A stretch of DNA of 64,000 nt from Patescibacteria group bacterium (GTDB lineage: Bacteria > Patescibacteriota > WWE3 > UBA101185 > 2-01-FULL-41-18), in assembly GCA_038064575.1 (NCBI GenBank), contig JBBTST010000001.1, positions 35,650 to 99,649 of the forward strand. Direction: 5' to 3'. The position numbers and the translations under genes are program-made. The notes below the pieces were generated by a model. That model saw only the letters and a list, made by a program, of their open reading frames with translations. It was not told the DNA's origin and searched no databases. Below are positions 25,077 to 33,818 of the stretch, one piece after another (positions within the stretch are counted from its first letter, which is position 1; every line of letters starts with the position of its first letter).

Positions 25077-26228
25077 ATGAAAACTCTTTTTCGTCTAAAC
25101 ACAAAAAAGTCTGTTGATCGAGGAATATTTATCAAAAGTAAAGTGAATCTGATATTAACGGCGGTTATTTTTGTGACTGTTGTTACAATCGTAGCGATTA
25201 TTTACTTTTGGTGGGGAGGAAAAATAAATGATGAAAACCAAGATTATAAACAAGTAGCAAATGCATGCAAAAAGCCTAAACTAAAAGCAATAAGTGTTGC
25301 TACTGTCAAAGATGAACAACCTGATTATTTAAAATCAGATTGTCATTTTTCTTCTTATGAACCGATTGTAATATCAGGACTTGATAAAACAACTTGCACA
25401 AGAATTTCCAAATATTTTATAATCGATAAAAACCAAGTATATAAACAGCAGTATGATCCTGGCAGTTCGGACTATTCGAGCTATATAATCCTAAAAGAAG
25501 CCGACTCGAATTCATTTAGAGCTTTAAAATACGGTTACTATCAAGACAGTAGAAATTTATTTTATGATACTGGTGAAAATTACAAAATAGTCAACGGAAT
25601 TGATCTAAAATCAATTCAAATATTATCTACCCATTTCATAAAGGATAAAAATAATATTTTCTTTTCCCAATTATACCGGCAATCAGAAATTAAACCACTT
25701 CAAGGATTTGACGTAGATAGTTTTTCAGTCGTCCAAAATAATACATATCATGAACAATATTTCAAAGATAAAAATGGCGTGTATTTTAGCGAAAGAGTCG
25801 GTGTTTTCTCTCCCAATAGTTCAAAGATTCATGAGGCTAATGTGGGTTCAATTAAAGTGATGCAAAGATCTCTGTTGGCAAAAGATAACAATTTCGTATA
25901 TTACAACGGTAAAATAGTTTCGCATCTTGATGCGCTTACATTTGAAGAGTTAGACGGCGGTTATTATAGAGATGCTCGCAGTATTTACACACGAAATTTC
26001 AATGTACTTCCAAATAGCGACTCCTGCACGTTTGAATTGATTGGCTACAAAACCCAATACGAGTGGTCGGGGTATGCAAAAGATAAAAATCAAGTCTACT
26101 ATCATGACTCTATAGTTGAAGGCGCTGATCCTTCAACTTTCCAAGCGAAAGAGCCTGAATCCGGTATTTACGGAGGCTTCGATAAGAACTTTCAATATGA
26201 AGGCAGATACAGAATTCAAAATAAATAA
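25077..26228 (+). CDS. DKNYY-repeat protein with N-terminal membrane anchor
   Basis: Repeated 'DKN(N/G/Q)(I/V)(F/Y)(F/Y)' units (DKNQVYKQ, DKNNIFFS, DKNGVYFS, DNNFVYYN, DKNQVYYH). Start chosen at the Met preceding the TM 'LILTAVIFVTVVTIVAIIYF'. Confidence 0.7.
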   Translation: MKTLFRLNTKKSVDRGIFIKSKVNLILTAVIFVTVVTIVAIIYFWWGGKINDENQDYKQVANACKKPKLKAISVATVKDEQPDYLKSDCHFSSYEPIVISGLDKTTCTRISKYFIIDKNQVYKQQYDPGSSDYSSYIILKEADSNSFRALKYGYYQDSRNLFYDTGENYKIVNGIDLKSIQILSTHFIKDKNNIFFSQLYRQSEIKPLQGFDVDSFSVVQNNTYHEQYFKDKNGVYFSERVGVFSPNSSKIHEANVGSIKVMQRSLLAKDNNFVYYNGKIVSHLDALTFEELDGGYYRDARSIYTRNFNVLPNSDSCTFELIGYKTQYEWSGYAKDKNQVYYHDSIVEGADPSTFQAKEPESGIYGGFDKNFQYEGRYRIQNK

Positions 26229-26237
26229 GTTCTTTAA

Positions 26238-26618
26238 AATTTTTGCGCTTTGGTCCGGGTGATCTGTATACGAATCTTATTCCTAACTTACTTGTTTCGG
26301 GAATGCAAGAAACAATTGTTGGGTAAAGCTAAAATAATTTATATTGTTAATCTCATGACTAAACGCGGACAAACGACCGGATACAAGGCCTCGAATCATA
26401 TACTTGATATTGAGTATTATCTGGGAAGAAAAGTCGATTTTATAGTGATAAGTAATTCTGAACTTCCGGATTTTGCAAAAAAACATTATGAGCAGAGTCT
26501 TGAGAAAGTTGTTGAAAATGATTTGGAAAAGCTTGAGGCTCAAGGTAGAGTTCTTATACGGGGAGACTATGTTTTGGATGAAAAATTTGAGAAAAGCCAA
26601 GCTGATAAAAAGAAATAA
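26238..26618 (+). pseudogene. yvcK: remnant of yvcK/CofD-family gene (gluconeogenesis factor family), 5'-truncated and frameshifted
   Basis: Frame 26249-26326 encodes 'FGPGDLYTNLIPNLLVSGMQETIVG*', which is the GPGSLYTSxxPNLLV family motif. The next frame (the 26250-26618 ORF) continues 'KAKIIYIVNLMTKRGQTTGY' (NLMTQPGET motif). The N-terminal ~190 aa are absent, because the DKNYY gene ends at 26228. Confidence 0.6.
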
Positions 26619-26645
26619 TCTTGCCTAGAGAAAGGAGATAAGCTA

Positions 26646-26798
26646 ATGAACGCGCTAGTTCAGTTTGGGCTTCGTGCTGCGTGGGCCGCGTTTGATTTGT
26701 TTGGTAAAGTTACCAACTTGCAACCTCCGGGATCCAAGGCTCCTAAAGGAAAGATCCCACAGGCGAAGCGGCGACGACCAAAACCCAAGTCCACCTGA
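26646..26798 (+). CDS. small ORF (50 aa, basic C-terminus) with anomalous GC content; possibly coding or structured RNA
   Basis: AGGAGA RBS 7 nt upstream of the ATG and a terminator directly downstream. The region is about 52% GC against about 35% around it. It was not in the ORF track because it is under 60 aa. Confidence 0.3.
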   Translation: MNALVQFGLRAAWAAFDLFGKVTNLQPPGSKAPKGKIPQAKRRRPKPKST

Positions 26799-26807
26799 CC
26801 CATGCTA

Positions 26808-26846
26808 AAGCCTCTTTTCTCTATACAAAGAATTGAGGCTTTTTTG
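26808..26846. terminator. rho-independent terminator (shared by small ORF and convergent tRNA-Glu)
   Basis: 'AAGCCTC' - 20-nt loop - 'GAGGCTT' followed by TTTTTT. Confidence 0.45.
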
Positions 26847-26909
26847 CTTTATGAGTTCAGTAAGATTAAAGTAATTATTTACTAACTCGATTAAGGCTTC
26901 ATTCACTTT

Positions 26910-26986
26910 TGGTGACCCCGGCGGGATTCGAACCCGCGATATCCACCCTGAGAAGGTGGCGTCCTGAACCGCTAGACGACGGGGCC
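26910..26986 (-). tRNA. tRNA-Glu (anticodon CTC)
   Basis: Reverse complement is GGCCCCGTCGTCTAGCGGTTCAGGACGCCACCTTCTCAGGGTGGATATCGCGGGTTCGAATCCCGCCGGGGTCACCA. It has a 7-bp acceptor stem, a CCACC/GGTGG anticodon stem, loop TTCTCAG, GTTCGAATC T-loop and an encoded CCA. Confidence 0.85.
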
Positions 26987-27004
26987 AAAACCGGAAATCC
27001 TCAA

Positions 27005-27025
27005 AGTATAACGTGTTGAATTATA
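27005..27025 (-). promoter_or_regulatory. candidate promoter -10 elements upstream of tRNA-Glu
   Basis: On the minus strand, TATACT sits about 18 nt and TATAAT about 33 nt upstream of the tRNA 5' end. Confidence 0.25.
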
Positions 27026-27100
27026 ACAAAATAACCCATCCCCCGGAAAAACTAAGGGAAGCGCTCTCAAATTACCGTTTGTGCTATACTATTTTCACTT

Positions 27101-27541
27101 ATGGTGGGGGCAATAAAGCTTAAAAACAACCTTTCTTCAATAGGCTTGGGAATCATGGCAGCCGGAGCTATTGCCTCTTACATAGTATTTGCCACCTTTG
27201 AACCACTAACTCTTCCAGAGCCAAATAAAAATGTAAAAGGTATCAAAACACTAAAATCTACCTTTGAAGTCCCAAGTTATCCTGATGCAAATGAAATGGG
27301 TCAAGATCAAAAGTATGACTCCAACCAGGTAACCCTCTCAACCAAAGACCCAATAGAAAAAGTTCATTCCTATTACAAAAATGTCTTTGAGTCCAAAGGT
27401 TTTAAGCAAACTAAAGAAATTAAATTTAGTCAGAACTACTTTGCAAAGTACAAGAAACTAGAGGAGGAGGTTTCAGTTTCCATCACCAAGGACAGCGCAA
27501 CCAATGGTTCTATAATAAGCATAGAAAATACAAAAGATTAA
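27101..27541 (+). CDS. hypothetical membrane-anchored/secreted protein
   Basis: 146 aa with an N-terminal hydrophobic segment. Confidence 0.45.
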   Translation: MVGAIKLKNNLSSIGLGIMAAGAIASYIVFATFEPLTLPEPNKNVKGIKTLKSTFEVPSYPDANEMGQDQKYDSNQVTLSTKDPIEKVHSYYKNVFESKGFKQTKEIKFSQNYFAKYKKLEEEVSVSITKDSATNGSIISIENTKD

Positions 27542-27564
27542 AATTTCAAACATAAAAGTTATCA

Positions 27565-29334
27565 TTATCTTGTACCCCTTTGATAGACCGCTTTCCAAGG
27601 CTGATACCTGCTCACAAATGTGTCACTAGATAAAACTTCATTGTTCCTTTTGACAGTTCTTTTAACGGTAACTGTTGCACCCCAAGCTGCATGATCAATC
27701 TGTATCAGGCTTCCTTTATTATATCTGTCTGTATCTTCATATAAAGGCTCAGGAGGGGGTGAAACATTTGTCACAACAGGCTTTGAAATTTCTATTGTTC
27801 TTCCATCCGGAGTTCCGTAAATCCTTACTTTTAACATGTGTTTTAAAAGATCATTCTCCGACTGAAGCAAGATATATCCCGGAGTATCATTTTTAAACTG
27901 CAAGTCAACTGAAGGGCTAAAAACCGTGGCATCAAGTCCCGGTTCTGAATTTTCTTCATAATAATAGACCCTATAGGCATGAGCCGTCCTTTTAACAATA
28001 GGCAGACCTGCATTAAGCGCTGCCCTAAAAACAGTTGTTGAAGACTGACACACTCCACCACCCTCCCCTAAAACAGTTCTCCCGTTTTGGATTATATAAG
28101 CAGCATCATAACCTGTTCTGAAACTTATTTCCCCAACTGTTTTGTTAAAAGAATAGGTATCTCCGGGAGCCACCAACACACCCGTTGCCCGCTCTACTGA
28201 AAGACCTAAGTTTTTTATTCTTCCCGGAATTGACCCCGAATAATAAGAAACACCCTCACCTAAAAGAGCGTATATACCATATTTTTTATCCCCCTCAGGA
28301 GCTTCAATTTTTGTCACATCTAGTTTAACCTCACTCCCTTCCTTTTCAGAAAGAAGCGCCTGTGAAAGGTCTTCCTTAAACCTCTCTTTCTCTAATTTCT
28401 CCCCATCAGATTGCGGCCTAAACTCAATTACTCTCTCCCCGTTAACCTCTAAAACTTCCCCCGTAGGATTATTGTCCACCTGCAAAGCAATAGAGTCCGT
28501 ATATCTATCAAGTGCGTCTTTATCTAACATAAGCTGATTTTTTCCATTATTATTTTCCACGGATAAAAGCGAGAGGGCATCCTCTTTAGTTACTAGCCAT
28601 TCTCTCTTATCATAAGTAATTTTTGGGAGATTTTCTAAAATAGTTTTTACCTCACCTATTTTTTCTTCATAAGCTGTTTGAGTACTCAAGGGGTTGATTT
28701 CTTTTACTGGCAGCTTAATGGTATTAAAATTAACTTTATTTAACGCCTCTTTTATTAAAAGCCTTAACTCTGACATTTTAACTTCTCTACCCTTAGCTTC
28801 TTTTGTTACTACAAGAGTACCGTCCTCCAAAAAAGAGAATTTTGGATTTATCACCTCTATATCAACCGAACTTTTAATGCCTGACAGCCTCTCTTCCAAA
28901 ATTTCATTTTCATAATCATAATCAAAAGGCACATTAAGTCCCTTTACAAGTCCGGCAATCTTATCTTTTGTGTCTACCAAAATATTCTGAGTTCTTCCAA
29001 GTTTAAATACTTTTGAAACGCTGTCTTCTACATCATACAAAAGGCCAACTTCTAAAGGGTTAATATGATAAATTTTATCTTCAAAAGAAAACTCAAGTAC
29101 ATTGTTACTGCCAGTTAATTTAGCCTTTATTAAAGTCCTCACATCCCCAACCTTTAGACCTCCAACCTTTTCACTACCCAGCATTACCCCAGGAATAACT
29201 CTTTGCGCAAAAACCAGATGAAACAAAATAAAAAAAGCAAATGAAACTAAAATCAGAGTAAAAAGACCTTTTTTGATGATTCTCTGAAGATCCAAAGACT
29301 TAGAAAGTGAGGCAAGCGAAGAAATCTGCTTCAT
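27565..29334 (-). CDS. VanW-family protein
   Basis: N-terminal TM. The C-terminus has 'GEGGGVCQSSTTVFRAALNAGLPIVKRTAHAYRVYYYE', the VanW core motif (GGGVCQ.STT...A...GL). Confidence 0.8.
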   Translation of the reverse strand: MKQISSLASLSKSLDLQRIIKKGLFTLILVSFAFFILFHLVFAQRVIPGVMLGSEKVGGLKVGDVRTLIKAKLTGSNNVLEFSFEDKIYHINPLEVGLLYDVEDSVSKVFKLGRTQNILVDTKDKIAGLVKGLNVPFDYDYENEILEERLSGIKSSVDIEVINPKFSFLEDGTLVVTKEAKGREVKMSELRLLIKEALNKVNFNTIKLPVKEINPLSTQTAYEEKIGEVKTILENLPKITYDKREWLVTKEDALSLLSVENNNGKNQLMLDKDALDRYTDSIALQVDNNPTGEVLEVNGERVIEFRPQSDGEKLEKERFKEDLSQALLSEKEGSEVKLDVTKIEAPEGDKKYGIYALLGEGVSYYSGSIPGRIKNLGLSVERATGVLVAPGDTYSFNKTVGEISFRTGYDAAYIIQNGRTVLGEGGGVCQSSTTVFRAALNAGLPIVKRTAHAYRVYYYEENSEPGLDATVFSPSVDLQFKNDTPGYILLQSENDLLKHMLKVRIYGTPDGRTIEISKPVVTNVSPPPEPLYEDTDRYNKGSLIQIDHAAWGATVTVKRTVKRNNEVLSSDTFVSRYQPWKAVYQRGTR

Positions 29335-29347
29335 AGTGTTTTTCTAT

Positions 29348-29851
29348 TTACCGAATCAAAAAAACCGATGGAACCTTGTCCATATCAGTAAAATCATCAG
29401 CCGTTTCTATAAGTTTTCCAGAAGTATTTCTACCAAAACCTATTACTTCAGCTCTCACACCTCTGCTTATTGCATAATCTAAAAGATCAACATAATCCCC
29501 ATCACCCGAAACCAGAACCATCACGTCTATCTTATCAATAAGTCTTATAACATCCATACAAAGACCAACATCCCAATCGCCTTTTTTTGCCCCCCCATAA
29601 AAAGTTTGTAACTCTTTGGTCCTAACCTCAAACCCCTGCTTTGATAGTGCTTCAAAAAAATCTTTTTCAGAGCCTACGTCAGCTTTTATGACATAGGCAA
29701 AAGCCCTAACAAGTTTTCTTGCGGAAACTCCTTCTCTTAATACTTTGCTAAAATCAACCTTTGCGCTAAATAAATTCTTGGCGCTATAGTACATGTTTGA
29801 AACATCAACAAAAACACCAACTCTCTGCTCTTTATGATTGTGTGACTTCAT
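29348..29851 (-). CDS. NYN-domain (LabA-like, PIN-related) protein
   Basis: 'VGVFVDVSNMYYS' and 'VMVLVSGDGDYVDLLDYAISRGVRAEVIGF' match NYN/LabA motifs. Confidence 0.75.
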   Translation of the reverse strand: MKSHNHKEQRVGVFVDVSNMYYSAKNLFSAKVDFSKVLREGVSARKLVRAFAYVIKADVGSEKDFFEALSKQGFEVRTKELQTFYGGAKKGDWDVGLCMDVIRLIDKIDVMVLVSGDGDYVDLLDYAISRGVRAEVIGFGRNTSGKLIETADDFTDMDKVPSVFLIR

Positions 29852-29896
29852 GGAGTTATATTATCAGCTAAAAGAGGTTTTTGACAATCAAACCAC

Positions 29897-30835
29897 CTAC
29901 TTTATACCCTCCACGTGAGTTATATTGGCATTGACTTGCGCTGAAGGGACAGTTGTTACCGGAGTCAGTGGTTTTGGGATAAGCTTTTTGGGCTTTGGGT
30001 AAAAAAGATCTTTTCTAAAAATCCTTAGGGAAACCCATACCACCACCCAACAGGCAGAGGCTGTATAAATAAGCCTCATCCACAGCTCGTCGCTGTCTGT
30101 TCCTGCTAAAAAACCATGTACCAAAAACAAAACATAGGTCAAAAAGCTCAAATAATGAATGCTTCTCCAAAACTTGATATTTATAATTTTGTTTCTCAAT
30201 TCAGATGTCACTATCAAACAAATAATCAAATAAAAGGCAGAAATGCCAAGTCCTACCGGAACAGATATATTTACTCCAAGACCCGAATAAAGACTTCTTT
30301 GAAATTTCCCCGGAAGAATAAGCTCAGGAAGAGTTAATTTTACATAATCATCCAGGAATAAAGACCCAATGTGTAGAAAAAGCATCAAAAAAGCTGCCCA
30401 TGCCAGCGTTCTATGTATTTCAACGGTATTGAGCTTTGCCACTTTAACAAATTTAAGAACAATTTTAGAAGTCATCACAAGTCCAAAAGTGACTACAAAA
30501 GTGAACAAAATAAAAGAAACTATTCCTGCAATTCTTGAAATGTACCAGTAAATTGGGGGGTTATCAGGTAGAATTTTGCGCCCCTCTTTTTTAGCTTCTT
30601 CACTGGGTGAGCTTATTTTGTTTAGGGGATCAGTTCCATTGAGGGCTTCAACCCCATCTGAAAAGCTATCTTGATCTGTATCAAATTTTAGTGGGTCTGT
30701 TCTATATAATCCCGTTTCTGACTCATCAGACAACCCATCAGAATCGCTATCTTTAATTTCTGCATGAGCAAAGCCTGCAAAAAACAGAAACAATAAACCT
30801 AAGGCAAGAGTAACTTTAACTTTCATTGAAAACAT
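29897..30835 (-). CDS. membrane protein: signal peptide + thrombospondin-type-3-like Ca-binding repeats + ferric-reductase-like bis-heme TM domain
   Basis: The N-terminus has 'DSDSDGLSDESE', 'DTDQDSFSDGVE' and 'NGTDPLN'. The C-terminal 6-TM region has His pairs spaced 14 and 13 residues apart ('EIHRTLAW...LFLHIGS' and 'RSIHYLSF...LVHGFL'). Confidence 0.55.
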   Translation of the reverse strand: MFSMKVKVTLALGLLFLFFAGFAHAEIKDSDSDGLSDESETGLYRTDPLKFDTDQDSFSDGVEALNGTDPLNKISSPSEEAKKEGRKILPDNPPIYWYISRIAGIVSFILFTFVVTFGLVMTSKIVLKFVKVAKLNTVEIHRTLAWAAFLMLFLHIGSLFLDDYVKLTLPELILPGKFQRSLYSGLGVNISVPVGLGISAFYLIICLIVTSELRNKIINIKFWRSIHYLSFLTYVLFLVHGFLAGTDSDELWMRLIYTASACWVVVWVSLRIFRKDLFYPKPKKLIPKPLTPVTTVPSAQVNANITHVEGIK

Positions 30836-31784
30836 ATTTTTCCATTTGTGCCGTATTATAAACTTTCAGGGCTTTATCCACAAACAACGCTGCTATGTTA
30901 TTCATTCTACTAAAGTTAGCCGCTATATCTAAGCCCATGATTAATAACGCTTTAGCGTAAATATCAGCCTCAACAGCAGAATTTGCTACAACAGTTACAG
31001 AAATAAGGCTATTTTCAACACTTTTGTTAACTTTAGGGTCAATAAGATGGTTTTTAAGCTCTCCTTTATACTGCCAAAATCTCTTATTTACTCCTGATGT
31101 GGCAATCCCTTTATCACTAACTGTTAAAATTTCAAGGTTTTCTTCAGCTTTTTTGGGATGTTCAACACCGATTGCCCAGAACTCATACTTCTCCTCAATA
31201 TTTGTTCCTGAAACAAACATATCACCACCCGCATCAACCACAAAATTTGCATATTTTTGCTTTAAGTTATCTGAAACTTTCTGGACAATAAAACCTTTCC
31301 CTATTCCTCCAAGATCAATCTGCAAGTCTTTTGGCTTATAAACTACTTTTTGTGAAGAGTCCAGAATTTTTAAATCTTCAAGGTTTGAAAGGTATTTATT
31401 CTTAACTTTATCACTATTAAAGTTTGGGTCTACAAATCCTTGATTTTTACTTACCTGGTAACCTTCATCTTTAAGTGTGTTCAAAAGACTGATATTAAAA
31501 ATGCCATTTGTTTTTTTGTAGTATGCTAAAGCCAGAAAAAGCACATCAAAAAGTTCGTTTGAAAGTGTAAGATCCCCTGAAGAATTATTAAAACTTTCAA
31601 GTTCGTTATGTTCAATAAACCTACTAAACCTTTTCTCAAAAGAGCGCATTTCATCAAATGCTTCTTCTATGTCTTTTGTAATTTCTTCTTTTGAAAAATG
31701 CCAGTCTGCAATTTTAATAAACACATCTGTAGCCATTATTTGGTTTAGTAGTTCCTTCTCAACAACAACTAGGTTTTGTGTCAT
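30816..31784 (-). CDS. apbE: ApbE-family FAD:protein FMN transferase
   Basis: 'LQIDLGGIGKGFIVQKV' is the DLGGIAKGY-type motif. It is ApbE-length and ends with a C-terminal 'TSGVNKRFWQY'. It overlaps the downstream gene by 20 nt. Confidence 0.8.
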   Translation of the reverse strand: MTQNLVVVEKELLNQIMATDVFIKIADWHFSKEEITKDIEEAFDEMRSFEKRFSRFIEHNELESFNNSSGDLTLSNELFDVLFLALAYYKKTNGIFNISLLNTLKDEGYQVSKNQGFVDPNFNSDKVKNKYLSNLEDLKILDSSQKVVYKPKDLQIDLGGIGKGFIVQKVSDNLKQKYANFVVDAGGDMFVSGTNIEEKYEFWAIGVEHPKKAEENLEILTVSDKGIATSGVNKRFWQYKGELKNHLIDPKVNKSVENSLISVTVVANSAVEADIYAKALLIMGLDIAANFSRMNNIAALFVDKALKVYNTAQMEKYVFNES

Positions 31785-31787
31785 AGA

Positions 31788-32444
31788 TTATTCGTAGCTA
31801 TCAAGAATGCCATTGTAGTTTGAATCCGAATCCTCCAAAAAATAGAAGTCATCATCCCCTGGGTGTTTATCAAAAGCATCAGCCATACTGTCATTGTCAG
31901 AATCAGTAAAAAAATGCTTCTCATGAACTGAAGGGTTTGGGTCAATGGCATCAACAAGCCCATCACCATCAGTATCAACATCAAAACCCAAATCAATCAC
32001 CGTTTTGTAAACCACTCTTTTTTCTGGGTCTAACAGCTCCTCAACCTGAGAGCTTTCAATAGGAACATACACTGTTTCAGTAACAGTAATTACCTTTTCT
32101 TCATACTGAGCCGGGTCTTCTTGTACAATCTCCTCATACTGCTCTTCATCTTTTCTATCTTCCTTCTCGTGCTCTCTTTCTTCCTTTTCTTCTTCACGCT
32201 TTTGCTCATCTTCTTTCTTTTGTGCTTCTCTTTCACGCTCTGCTTGTTTTTTAGCATCCTCTCTTTGTTTTTCCTCAAGCTTTTTTTGCTCCTCTTCTTC
32301 TTTCTCTTGCTCTTCATCCTCTTCTGCGTATGCAACAAGGGGTTTTAGCGCAAAGCTATTATAGTTGGCATCCAAAACCAGTGACTTTGACAAGCCATAA
32401 AAAGCAAGAGTTAAAATAAATATTAAGTTAATATATTTCTTCAT
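31788..32444 (-). CDS. secreted protein with E/K-rich low-complexity segment and thrombospondin-type-3-like Ca-binding repeats
   Basis: Signal peptide, a ~70-aa E/K/R/Q run, then 'DVDTDGDGLVDAIDPNP' and 'DSDNDSMADAFDKHPGDDD'. Confidence 0.5.
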   Translation of the reverse strand: MKKYINLIFILTLAFYGLSKSLVLDANYNSFALKPLVAYAEEDEEQEKEEEEQKKLEEKQREDAKKQAEREREAQKKEDEQKREEEKEEREHEKEDRKDEEQYEEIVQEDPAQYEEKVITVTETVYVPIESSQVEELLDPEKRVVYKTVIDLGFDVDTDGDGLVDAIDPNPSVHEKHFFTDSDNDSMADAFDKHPGDDDFYFLEDSDSNYNGILDSYE

Positions 32445-32458
32445 AACATTTTCACGCC

Positions 32459-32962
32459 TTAAGAAGCCTTAGTCTGTTTGGTAACTTTAGGTTTGGCTGC
32501 AACTTTTACTACCGTTGAGCCTGAGCTTGGCTTTGAAACTGTGCTTGTAGAACTGGATCTGCTGGTTGAACTAGCAGTTTTTGACCCTGAAGAAGAGGCG
32601 GAAGATTTTGATGAAGATTTATTTGACCCAGAAGCATCAACATAAATAATCTCTTCAATTTTCTTGGTGTGGTTTGCAATCAGCGTTTTTTGAGAGGCAA
32701 GTAATTTATTATATTCAGATTTGGACGCTTCCATTTGTTTAACACTTTTCTTTTTTGCATCTTTAATATACTTTTCACGCTCGATTCTATACCGCTCATA
32801 TGTAGCAGCAATTGATTTATAATAGGAAGAATTTGCTTCTGCTTTGACTTCTCTTTTAGTTTTTTCATTTAATAAAACAGCATAAGAGGAAGGCACAGTT
32901 ATACCCCCAATTATAAGCAGTGACACCAGTCTTATTTTAGCTCTAGATAACATGGCAGACAT
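32459..32962 (-). CDS. membrane-anchored/secreted protein with Ser/Thr-rich C-terminal tail
   Basis: N-terminal anchor, a coiled-coil-like middle, and a C-terminal ~55 aa that are over 60% S/T. Confidence 0.45.
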   Translation of the reverse strand: MSAMLSRAKIRLVSLLIIGGITVPSSYAVLLNEKTKREVKAEANSSYYKSIAATYERYRIEREKYIKDAKKKSVKQMEASKSEYNKLLASQKTLIANHTKKIEEIIYVDASGSNKSSSKSSASSSGSKTASSTSRSSSTSTVSKPSSGSTVVKVAAKPKVTKQTKAS

Positions 32963-33140
32963 TATAACATAATTACCTAAATTTCTAAACTATAGGTCAA
33001 TAAACTGGCTGCTTGGCAAAGACACTATATAGAAGGATTTATACCTGTTTAAAACAGTTAAAATTCGTCAATTTACAATTGAAGAGCTAAAAATGATAAA
33101 ATCCCAATGTTTAGTTGTAGACTTTGATTATTGGTGTTAT

Positions 33141-33214
33141 TGGGGGATCGTATAACGGTAGTACAACGCCCTCTGGAGGCGTTTATCTTGGTTCGAATCC
33201 AAGTCCCCCAGCCA
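33141..33214 (+). tRNA. tRNA-Gln (anticodon CTG)
   Basis: TGGGGGATCGTATAACGGTAGTACAACGCCCTCTGGAGGCGTTTATCTTGGTTCGAATCCAAGTCCCCCAGCCA. The acceptor pair TGGGGGA/TCCCCCA, discriminator G and CCA resemble bacterial tRNA-Gln. Anticodon stem ACGCC/GGCGT with loop CTCTGGA. Confidence 0.75.
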
Positions 33215-33219
33215 GAGGT

Positions 33220-33657
33220 ATGCAATGTAATCATACACATATTGATAAGGTAATACTTTATAAAGAAATACTTTCTAATTTTTTGATGACTGGGAAAAAC
33301 TTATTCCCATCATCTTCGTTACCTGATACTAAAGATAATCTAAAAATATCTATTAAACTTTTGTTAACGGAGGAATTAAAAAAGGCAGAAAAAGATGTAG
33401 AGTGGAAAATTATAGATATGTACCAAACCATGTATATCAATATTCCAAGTTTCATTCCAGATATAGAGCTTGTTAAAGTGGATAGAACGGATTGTGAGAA
33501 CCTTACACCAGAAAACTACGATCAGTTTAAAAGTTACTTAACAAAGTTTAATGTAGTAAACAAACAGATACTAGAACTAACCAAGGAACTTTGGAAATTC
33601 ATGGAAACATTTGAGAATGGTAGAGAATTCGTACAGGACATTAGAAGAAGGCTTTAG
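33220..33657 (+). CDS. hypothetical protein
   Basis: The ORF-track version starts at a TTG inside the tRNA. It was trimmed to the first Met after the tRNA (MQCNHTHIDK). Confidence 0.3.
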   Translation: MQCNHTHIDKVILYKEILSNFLMTGKNLFPSSSLPDTKDNLKISIKLLLTEELKKAEKDVEWKIIDMYQTMYINIPSFIPDIELVKVDRTDCENLTPENYDQFKSYLTKFNVVNKQILELTKELWKFMETFENGREFVQDIRRRL

Positions 33658-33818
33658 GTTCTAGATCCTAGTGCTCAGCCAGAATGTATGAGATCCGAAC
33701 TTTTTACCAAACGAATCCCAACGATTGAAGCCGCCCCGCCGCCTGCCTCTGAAACCTCAGGCATCTTTTCATGGTTTGTAAGTATCCCTTTAAAAATCTT
33801 AGACTCTAATCTTGTTCC

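Noticed and set aside
26640-26810. GC-rich segment considered as SRP RNA, RNase P RNA, tmRNA or 6S RNA.
   Set aside because: No GNAR-tetraloop/AGCAG helix-8 signature of SRP RNA, no RNase P P4 motif (AGGAAAGUCCGGGCUCC) and no tmRNA tRNA-like ends could be matched by eye. It is kept as an unexplained small ORF/RNA instead.
32121-32348. Plus-strand 75-aa poly-Leu/Phe ORF.
   Set aside because: It is the antisense of the GAA/AAG-rich E/K low-complexity coding region of the 31788-32444 gene.
33124-33219. ORF-track start of the 177-aa ORF at 33124.
   Set aside because: A TTG start lies inside the tRNA-Gln gene. A tRNA is far better supported, so the CDS (if real) starts after 33214.
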